From a virus (Duplodnaviria; Caudoviricetes), in IMG/VR virus record IMGVR_UViG_3300023059_000018, positions 1-30,795 of that record: a stretch of DNA of 30,795 bases. One strand, written 5' to 3'. Both the position numbers and the translations under genes were made by a program. Position 1 is the stretch's first letter. Each line of letters opens with the position of its first letter. Below are positions 27,601-30,795 of the stretch, one piece after another. Under the pieces are notes generated by a model, which saw only the letters and a program-made list of their open reading frames with translations, had not been told where the DNA came from and made no database searches.

Positions 27601-28041
27601 CAATCAATTGATGGCCTAACTGCAAGAGCAACTCTGAAATTGCAATCAGGCAATTTGGTTGGCGGCGTCGGGATTGAAAATGACAGCAAGACAGTTGATT
27701 TCATTGTTCAGGCAAACAGATTTGCAATCGGCGCGCCGTCAACTGTCACTGGTACAGTAACTCCGAAATATGCATTTACTTATCAATCGACTTCAACAAC
27801 TTTACCGAACGGCACTGTGATTCCAGCTGGTTTGTATTTAGACAATGCATCTATTGGTTATATTAATGCTGAAAAAATTAATGCATCAAGCCTAAGCGCC
27901 CTAAGTGCGACGCTTGGAACCTTAACTACTTATAAGGATCCCGCTAAGCCTAATGGGGCTCGAATGGTACTTACAGGCAGTTTGATTACCATTTATGACG
28001 ACAACAATATTATGCGAGTAAGGATGGGATTATGGGATTAA
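15661..28041 (+). CDS. Giant central tail fibre / host-specificity protein (lambda gpJ-like, about 4126 aa)
   Basis: gpJ-type N-terminal ~830 aa (EGEIEGL, YPNTAL, YSNNPAW, EPRFTCN, GCTSRGQAQRAG, FN3-like repeats). Then an Ala/Thr coiled coil, about 11 globular modules separated by repeated spacers, and a C-terminal GGVGI...FIVQANRFAI domain of the kind that ends J proteins. Confidence 0.93.
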   Translation: MSIVKGSKKGSGQARQPNIAPDSAQSKTRINILYGLAEGEIEGLANGNKSILFENTPLEDNNGKLNFESVKVDFRSGTNDQDYIEGFPAVESETAIDVELKAGTPWVKSFKNLDLDALRIRLKWGPLRTQDATSGDVSGVTIEYAVELQTDGGPWTEVLKTKISDKTSANYERAHRINLPKADSDWLIRVRRLTPNSTSEYVSDKMYIEAVTEVIDAKLRYPNTALLGLQYDAETFNNIAKIAVECKGTKIKLPSNYNPVSRTYAGMWDGTFISAYSNNPAWVYYDICTSDRYGLGDRLTPFMIDKWSLYRLGQYCDESVNDGQGGQEPRFTCNVYLQRAEEAYEILKKLAGVFRAISYWDGNSIICDADIPQDTYFTYTRANVIGEFEYSGTRARDRHNVVKVAFDNPANHYKTEYEYVRDEQAISDSGQVRILDLNAWGCTSRGQAQRAGLWALKSEQSETRTVTFKVGLDGWIPQPGRVIEIADELFAGRANGGRVSAISEDRVNLTIDRDDVVAKPGDRLVVNGENGKAQTRIIQSINGRVITVTLPFDLGSIAAENIWVIDAQDLATMKFRVISIRQEEKNKFTINAIQYNSKKFDEIDSGAYFEEVPISVINPTIQDPVSDILITSENKVNQGINITTMILSWKQAKGAVKYLVEWRKDNGSWLRLPFTGNNSLEVQGVYSGNYQARVTAISAFEVSSLPVYSSITELVGKKGLPPKLEYIRATGILFGMQLDWSFPNVGAQDAAYVEIRVSPDGVSNIAPLGQFAYPTNTHKVQGLQPNLIQYYSGRIVDKIGNMGAWSEWVNGTTIADPDAVLDLISGHIAESDLAQELQGKIENTVNVAEAAEQAATNAQTAASSAQTAASNAQTAATDAKTAATNAQTTASSAQTQATNAQQVANEASATAANAKNTADQASSTALTASNAAANAKTAADTAKTMAESATSVAATANTAATNAQTTATNAQTAASKVASDLTTSTNQLNQKIADETSTRTTAISQLNDGLTTETTQRKTEDTALLSNIETYKSSTNGTLSTLQTQITTNATNTSANTSKITSLDSRLTTNEGKTADAISSAATAQQTANTAVTNAAAAASAVTSLRSDLSSGKGINNIIAPYSDPQELPTNILGASRTVALVNSTMRVKGKAYDVTFTAVAGNIYFGSASSGTANTTAAGSITGGKRYMLSAYLKNLDATKQADVYFSLLWFRRAADGTISTGQATLQNQATGNLRVTPSNDGGTVTCKAVTAPVDAFAFTFMCTGNSSYNVAGSRILIDMLMLEESIGDDKPASTWTAGSADLGAIKTALDANASAISSITTRVTNAEGTITSQGNSITQLNNSVTSINGTLSNKADATALSALTNRVTTAEGQITAQGSAIVSIKNDLVATNNALTTKADSSALNTLDSKVTSIDGRVISNAGAITSLKSELSGKGANLLIASFSDPQVVPYTATKSGVEVSLIDSMLRTGKAYNFKNLTTNISNYVYIGNYSDGKQAPVAVRGGAKLLFSFYAKSDVAGYIGRFSLRVFNQSGTNVQTVTLLWTSTQTQNVSFTTDLVKYNLYLSSPIHADGVTASILLYTGGASSASMTPVGAILTMDKLMIEEYVGDNKDGSPWVSGSADLNAIYASLDASATAVNNLTTRVSNAEGTITSQGNSITSLRNDLTTTNTNVSKKADASALTSLDTKVTSIDGRVTTNTNAVTALQGRVTTVEGGLSTKADASALSDYYTKTEANSATSGAIDTFNSQLTIGGVNVVANSEAPRTSSAASNKEYLLYERSAELKAFYDENLDKPVTISFEMSVPVVGSVQVYSSNGSAHTFTTSVNAVIANQWIKYSVTVNPKTHTASTTVSTIEFYGTYGTGRIPTIRKLQIEAGTKATAWSPSPRDIKASLDANASAIQTTQTQVNNIDGKLTTATDSITSLSSRMTTAEGNITSTNGAVSGLSTRMTTAEGKITNQSDSITSLQNSVTTINGTLANKADSTAVTNLTSRVTAAEGNITSQSGQIVTLNNSLNTTNDALNDVNALARLQSLGKPLRDDPMFAIGAGGLAAYIPITGSSFTRQAKSSDNPSTSTHEMVLAFTSTVSGLGSGWLPNSPTLVGGPNKVYLIKQVIKMPVGFYLVAIGNDIGTGGYRKIYGNIDGTGKFETYLTVVACGPDATASIQGHFRAAVRSAQTGTSANPIEVKLASYEVFDVTAVNDTIPKTYRDTIAANASAITSLTNTVTQQGNTITSQGNSITSLNNSITSINGSLASKADASAVTSLDSKVTLIDGKLTSNTSALTALQSSFDGLPNQGVNILGPEISNPVEKPTNWTSGLPFEIIQSPDTVNVRAFQFTMPASSGNGTYFNIGGGQVPRQWLNEGKYVFSFVAKTVGGTPPHPIEWQFYNADSIRQRFSVTATLTRFSGVFTVPAGGAAICMLLIGNPTAKAAGQVINIERIMLERQVGNNTTPSTWIAGTDASGMIISTQAKATDLFNTATNQNTATAGRVTSLESRMTSTEGTLSTKADASALQTLDTKVTNVDGKVTSNTNAITSLNSALTNATSTISMNAGSPLADWTTYAATGEFNVITEATGQSGKVIQLGNNAGNDTIWLHANNLIPFDQTKTYRIRARYRRRSGTGTIYLGIAQKTPDKAWYVTTGNTQASNMASSNYVVNAHAPAIDEWQEMVGYYKGRSTGAATGSGSLASPRTASQMTGFITPLFIANYQNQAGIVELDYLILEDAEAIAGNQANATALTTLDTKVTEVDGRLTTATNSITSLGSRMSTAEGNISATNSALSGLSTRMTAAEGGLTNQSNSITSLTNSINSLDSDSLIPDYNLANPEKWISHYGYPMTQYFKTTTTGKVSNTVFRKDTSSPVNCFNYARTPVPNDRTYKVSFWVRCSADSNGLLMIPIGRSGNDGKFTTTGYSSIGIPLTEVPKNETWTKIERTANLTSTSDVNPQLFFGIAPGHTGSTGWWEVQGFKVSPVLTTADADSSFATSAALTSLTSSVNQQGSTITSQGTDITSLKNSVTSINGTLTNKADASAVNTLSNRVTAAEGNITSQGNSITSLNNTLANNDLSNLILNPDFITPKNVWSAGLIVDATDAAPNPPSPKALKLTLRDTYYGPFVKCNTGDMFYVSGWFATPNTSAAASVVLGFNTRNSTGTHSWYSVAVKSTDKNAWGFVEGYFTVPNGMVEIRPWLQVSIVAADAPAQLWHVTNIQVRNITGNKKLASDLQATSSALSTLDSKVTNIDGRVTSASNNIVTLNNSVTNINTALSQKADASALSSLSNRVTTAEGNISSQGSSITSLTNNLAVTTNTANAALPKIQGGTGAAKLFRGVLVHQQSGANIIGNIVIQTPITFTSKMFRLALSGYNYLAGKTDINLNIGGYAYTGTSIIQHGVVNSGTLPIRVRLGVRNGTVVIILTSQAPNAYWQYPKFNIDAEIGYTTPPDSWSEGWSASLIAEADLAANGISAIIEPSLLDVSTEITANAFAISNLTNTVSQQGDTITSHSNSITTLNNSITSINGALNTKASTSAVTDLDSRVTTAEGKITANTSSITSLTANLKNVANGITMSASLDVDPDSEWIYWTKNGEVARADAVDALGGKVYRFGNNAGNDHVNARSKAKLPFDQTKTYRIRARYRRLSGIGTVYCAVYTLAADGTSHVNSSNTVSTDFGSSNYFVINQSPANNVWQEVTVYVKGRSAGAATGSWTLAAPRQMPNATAFLSVQFLGNYSNAAGMTELDYLIIEDADAIAANDATANALSSLTTRVGTAEGTITSQGNSITQLNNSITTINGTLTSKADSSALTHLANRVTVTEGSITSQGSSITSLNSSVNGLLKDVEVTDTRSTNQPPSWYWTNYPKRIVREFKQASTIGLTGMGTYVSLETYVYYSDATGGPIIQIARGTDSKLTAERRSASASTWSTWSQDVKTLSDGLANKAEASALSSLDAKVTTIDGKVSTQATSITNLTTTVGGHTASIQSQQQSIDGLTARATLKLQSGNLVGGVGIENDSKTVDFIVQANRFAIGAPSTVTGTVTPKYAFTYQSTSTTLPNGTVIPAGLYLDNASIGYINAEKINASSLSALSATLGTLTTYKDPAKPNGARMVLTGSLITIYDDNNIMRVRMGLWD
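18190..18990 (+). repeat. Ala/Thr/Asn-rich heptad repeats (e.g. AQTAASN / AKTAATN) in gpJ
   Basis: Tandem 7-aa periodic repeats, strongest at about 18220-18590. Confidence 0.75.
19570..27620 (+). repeat. Dispersed coiled-coil spacer repeats in gpJ
   Basis: Recurrent RVTxAEGxITSQGNSITxLNN and KADASALxxLDxKVTxIDG. Exact 14-mer ATTACAAGCCAAGG at 19654, 20620, 24805 and 26974. Confidence 0.85.
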
Positions 28042-28118
28042 TTGCTGTAGCAGTAATAATTTTAATTATTATTGGTCTTGTGCTTTGTAAAAAGTACAAA
28101 GAAGACCAAGGAGTCTAA
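28032..28118 (+). CDS. Putative 28-aa single-pass membrane peptide overlapping the gpJ stop; not in the ORF track
   Basis: MGLIAVAVIILIIIGLVLCKKYKEDQGV, with purine-rich AAGGATGGGA upstream. It fills the J-to-next-gene gap exactly, stopping 1 nt before the GTG at 28120. Confidence 0.5.
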   Translation: MGLIAVAVIILIIIGLVLCKKYKEDQGV

Positions 28119-28119
28119 A

Positions 28120-28425
28120 GTGCTTCAAGGTATTCAAGTTAGAGATGAGACAAGCAACATCATCTTAGATACAAATGACAGTGTAGTTCAGTATAAGGGG
28201 CAGATTACCTTATCTGGTGAAACTGATGGTAGTTTAGTTTTTAGTTCTTTTCCGGGAGGTAATGCTAAATTCTTTTACATTACTATTGCTACCACAACTA
28301 CAAATGGTAATGCCTTCCATCCAAGGGTTATATGGAATCCTACTACTAAAACAGTTAGTTGGACATTTATTCGTAGGGGATTAGATCAACCGCAACCAGT
28401 GGAGTTATTTTATGGCTTTGTTTGA
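28120..28425 (+). CDS. Post-J tail tip accessory protein 1 (101 aa)
   Basis: AAGGAG RBS before GTG 28120. GIQVRDETSNIILD...ELFYGFV pattern. Position after the central fibre. Confidence 0.7.
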   Translation: MLQGIQVRDETSNIILDTNDSVVQYKGQITLSGETDGSLVFSSFPGGNAKFFYITIATTTTNGNAFHPRVIWNPTTKTVSWTFIRRGLDQPQPVELFYGFV

Positions 28426-29140
28426 GGTGTATAACGATCAGGGGATTCAGCAGGTTACTGCTATCAATGCCACATTTTATTTAAAACATAAAGTAGTAGG
28501 AAAGGATCTTCCCTTACAACCGGGTGAAGACCCTGATCCACATTTATCAGTGTACCGTTCTTTCTACTTTGAAGCTGAATTTCCTATTATTGCTTTAGCT
28601 ACTACTGGTATAGATAAATGGACACGTGTACATGGTCTTTATCGTTTGCAAGGTAATAACTGGCGTGTTGATTGGATAGATTCATCGTCTGACTATACTA
28701 AACCTACATTAGAGCAAGGTGTAGATACTATTGTTTATATCTTTGACTTGAGATCTACAGCAGACCCTAATAACAATTTCGGTTTGAATCTCTATGGACC
28801 AGACGGTAAGTGTACTTACAGTTCAAATCAGGCACCATTTAAGGTTCTTGATGTTTTTGAAGTTCCGGGAATGTATAACTTAGAATATAACCCTGTTTTA
28901 AGTTCAAAGGTTGCAGGTAGACAGTTAGCTGTTATCTCAAATCGTTATAGAGATTTCTATGCATATAACGATCCTAGTGATGCTTTCTATGTATATGAAA
29001 GCTTTAGTACAGGTGTAGGTCAAGTTAAGATAAGTTATGTAGATCCTCAAACATCTACCTTCTATGATCCTGGTGCAAATATGGATGGGACCAATGATCG
29101 AAAGCCAATGGTTACGGTAGTTGATGTAACGAATCTATAA
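28412..29140 (+). CDS. Post-J tail tip accessory protein 2 (242 aa)
   Basis: GGAG RBS, overlap-coupled. Two related motifs FEVYNDQG and FGLNLYGPDGKCTYSS, as in proteins encoded after J in lambdoid/T1-like tails. Confidence 0.72.
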   Translation: MALFEVYNDQGIQQVTAINATFYLKHKVVGKDLPLQPGEDPDPHLSVYRSFYFEAEFPIIALATTGIDKWTRVHGLYRLQGNNWRVDWIDSSSDYTKPTLEQGVDTIVYIFDLRSTADPNNNFGLNLYGPDGKCTYSSNQAPFKVLDVFEVPGMYNLEYNPVLSSKVAGRQLAVISNRYRDFYAYNDPSDAFYVYESFSTGVGQVKISYVDPQTSTFYDPGANMDGTNDRKPMVTVVDVTNL

Positions 29141-29198
29141 AAGAAAACCCCCTTAATTGAGAATATTAAGTAACTTCTAATTCACAGTCTTTATTACA

Positions 29199-29220
29199 GC
29201 ACCCACAAGGGTGTTTTTTT
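29199..29220 (+). terminator. Intrinsic terminator before the lysis cassette
   Basis: GCACCC-ACAA-GGGTGT plus T tract. Confidence 0.72.
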
Positions 29221-29247
29221 ATGCCCAAAATCAGGAGGAAGGCATGC

Positions 29248-29532
29248 ATGAATGATCGGACAAATAGTGTGGTTGAAGCAGCTGCAAGTACGGCTGCGGC
29301 TACGGCAACAAAATTTTCATATGGCTATGTAGTAGGAGGGGGATTGATTGGAATTGCTGGAAAAATTGATTGGGCTGTAATTATTTCAATCTTAATAGGT
29401 GTAGCAACCTATTCAACGAATCTCTACTTTAAGCGCCGTGATGAAAAGCGTTCAGAAGAGATTCATGAATTGCGTAAAAAACAGTATGAGCAAGCCAAAC
29501 AACGCATCAAAGAGGATAAAGATGAAAAGTGA
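29248..29532 (+). CDS. Putative holin
   Basis: AGGAGG RBS at 29233-29238. Hydrophobic segments (IDWAVIISILIGVATYSTNLYF) and a highly charged C-terminus. Lies upstream of the endolysin. Confidence 0.72.
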   Translation: MNDRTNSVVEAAASTAAATATKFSYGYVVGGGLIGIAGKIDWAVIISILIGVATYSTNLYFKRRDEKRSEEIHELRKKQYEQAKQRIKEDKDEK

Positions 29533-29743
29533 AAATACTCGGACATATTTAGCGTACATGGTTATTGCAATGTCATTTCTCTGTGTTCTTGGTTTGTTCT
29601 TTATTGAATATCCAGACAAAAACCGTGATCTATTAAACGTGTCACTAGGGACCTTACTTGGTTTATCTAGTGCTGTGATTGCCTTTTATTTTGGATCTAC
29701 CAATAAACAAAAGAAAGAAACTGAAGATTCAAATCAACAGTAA
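29522..29743 (+). CDS. Second lysis-cassette membrane protein (holin/antiholin-like, 73 aa)
   Basis: Two TM segments, NRDLLN..LG.L...VIAFYFGS motif, overlap-coupled to the previous gene. Start at 29522. Confidence 0.7.
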   Translation: MKSENTRTYLAYMVIAMSFLCVLGLFFIEYPDKNRDLLNVSLGTLLGLSSAVIAFYFGSTNKQKKETEDSNQQ

Positions 29744-29798
29744 TTATTTAAATTTAAGTGCTACCTTGGGGTAGTTTTCAGCTCTAAAGGAAAGTGAA

Positions 29799-30344
29799 AT
29801 GAACATTGAAAAATATCTAGATGAGTTAATTAAGCGCGAAGGGGGCTATGTGAATAATCCAGCGGATCGAGGAGGCGCAACAAAGTACGGAATTACTGAA
29901 GCAGTTGCTCGAGTAAACGGTTTTAAAGGTAATATGCGAGATTTGCCTATTGAAACTGCAAAGTCTATTTATAAAAAACAATACTGGACAGCCCCACGCT
30001 TTGATCAAGTAAATTTAATTTCTCCTGTAGTAGCTGAAGAACTTTTAGATACAGGTGTTAATTGCGGCATAGGATTTGCAAAACCCCTTTTACAGCGTGC
30101 CTTAAATTTGCTGAATAACCAAGGTAAGGCAGGTTGGTCAGATCTTGTAGTGGATGGAATTTATGGTCCTGCAACTTTGAATGCCTTTAAAACCTACTTA
30201 GCCAGACGAGGTAAAGATGGTGAGAAAGTCTTGGTGCGTGTACTCAATATCATGCAAGGTCAGCTTTATATTGAAATCTGTGAGCGCAATCCCAGTCAGG
30301 AGCAGTTTTTCTATGGCTGGATTGCTCATCGAATCTCATTATGA
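29799..30344 (+). CDS. Endolysin, glycoside hydrolase family 108 with peptidoglycan-binding domain
   Basis: EGGYVNNPADRGGATKYGIT catalytic motif, DTGVNCG, LQRALN...VDGIYGPAT and FFYGW. Confidence 0.93.
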   Translation: MNIEKYLDELIKREGGYVNNPADRGGATKYGITEAVARVNGFKGNMRDLPIETAKSIYKKQYWTAPRFDQVNLISPVVAEELLDTGVNCGIGFAKPLLQRALNLLNNQGKAGWSDLVVDGIYGPATLNAFKTYLARRGKDGEKVLVRVLNIMQGQLYIEICERNPSQEQFFYGWIAHRISL

Positions 30345-30667
30345 AGTATTTCTATAGTTTAACTTAATTAGGAAATTCTTTAATTCAAAATCTATTATAA
30401 GTTTTTAAAATTCTTAAGTATTAAATTCAGTATAGAACTTTGAAAAATTATATTTTAATTTTTTGAGTTTATTTTATTTAATGGGTTATATAATTTTTCA
30501 TTCAAATAATTAAAGATTTTTTAATGCATATAACATAAGAAGTGTTTATTACCACAAAATTTATGGTGGCTATTAGAACATTCAGAAACTTTATAAAAAG
30601 AGTGAAAGTTTGTGATAATAGTTATATCAGCGGGTGATAAGAATTGAAGCTAAATGATACCAAAATA

Positions 30668-30744
30668 TGGCGCGCCCGGCGGGGATCGAACCCACGACCC
30701 CAGGTTTCGGAAACCTGTACTCTATCCAACTGAGCTACGAGCGC
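30668..30744 (-). tRNA. tRNA-Arg (anticodon CCG)
   Basis: The reverse complement GCGCTCGTAGCTCAGTTGGATAGAGTACAGGTTTCCGAAACCTGGGGTCGTGGGTTCGATCCCCGCCGGGCGCGCCA folds as a cloverleaf with loop TTCCGAA, a GTTCGA T-loop and an encoded CCA. Confidence 0.97.
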
Positions 30745-30795
30745 ATGCGTGGGGCACATCATAGGAAAAAAACACTTGCAGGTAAAGCACGAAAT

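Larger units (their letters stand above)
290..30344 (+). mobile_element. Head-less, integrase-less lambdoid prophage derivative (candidate F-type tailocin locus)
   Basis: Gene order is cI/cro - replication - Q - tail - lysis. No ORF between Q (ends 5306) and the tail tube (starts 6507) is large enough for a terminase, portal or capsid. No integrase is in the window. The locus abuts the 3' end of a tRNA. The left boundary is approximate. Confidence 0.85.

Noticed and set aside
19570-27620. CRISPR array, diversity-generating retroelement or invertible shufflon as the source of the repeats
   Set aside because: The repeats are coding, direct, in frame and hundreds of bases apart. No cas, reverse transcriptase or invertase gene is in the window.
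29221-29247. ORF-track holin start at 29221 as a dual-start holin
   Set aside because: The ATG directly follows the terminator T tract and has no RBS. The RBS lies downstream of it.
16790-30008. Many short ORFs inside gpJ (mostly minus strand) and the minus-strand ORF inside the endolysin
   Set aside because: Those in gpJ are shadows of the Thr/Ser/Ala/Asn repeats, and their mutual similarity just mirrors the spacers. None has independent support.
290-30344. Complete prophage, gene transfer agent or PICI-type satellite
   Set aside because: No capsid, portal, terminase or integrase is recognisable. GTAs need heads, and PICIs carry integrases and lack tails.

Overview
The window is almost entirely filled (about 290-30344) by an AT-rich, lambdoid-type prophage-derived locus. 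Its gene style and composition suggest Acinetobacter, which is an inference. It sits next to the 3' end of a tRNA-Arg(CCG) gene (30668-30744, minus strand). It keeps an apparently intact genetic switch: a CI-like repressor with an S24 self-cleavage domain, Cro, three-site operator clusters and TTGACT promoters on both sides. It also keeps a replication initiator with a DnaC-like loader, a Q-like antiterminator, a non-contractile (siphovirus) tail module, and a holin/GH108 endolysin cassette. The tail module comprises the tube, G/GT chaperones with a GGGAAAG -1 frameshift, a tape measure with a lysozyme-like domain, lambda M/L/K/I/J-like tip proteins, and two post-J proteins. No integrase, recombination genes, terminase, portal, protease, capsid, full-length head-tail connectors or tail terminator can be recognised. 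The slot for the head genes is only about 1.2 kb and holds four small ORFs. The best reading is a domesticated, DNA-damage-inducible, head-less tail locus, i.e. a candidate F-type (flexible) tailocin. Its unusual traits are: (i) a ~4,100-aa central fibre carrying about 11 globular, putative glycan-binding modules on repeated coiled-coil spacers; (ii) a second copy of the putative Q-dependent late promoter in the middle of the tail operon; (iii) retained replication genes without excision machinery; and (iv) several unannotated small or overlapping ORFs and an antisense secreted-protein moron. All family assignments are from motifs and gene order read by eye; no database search was run.
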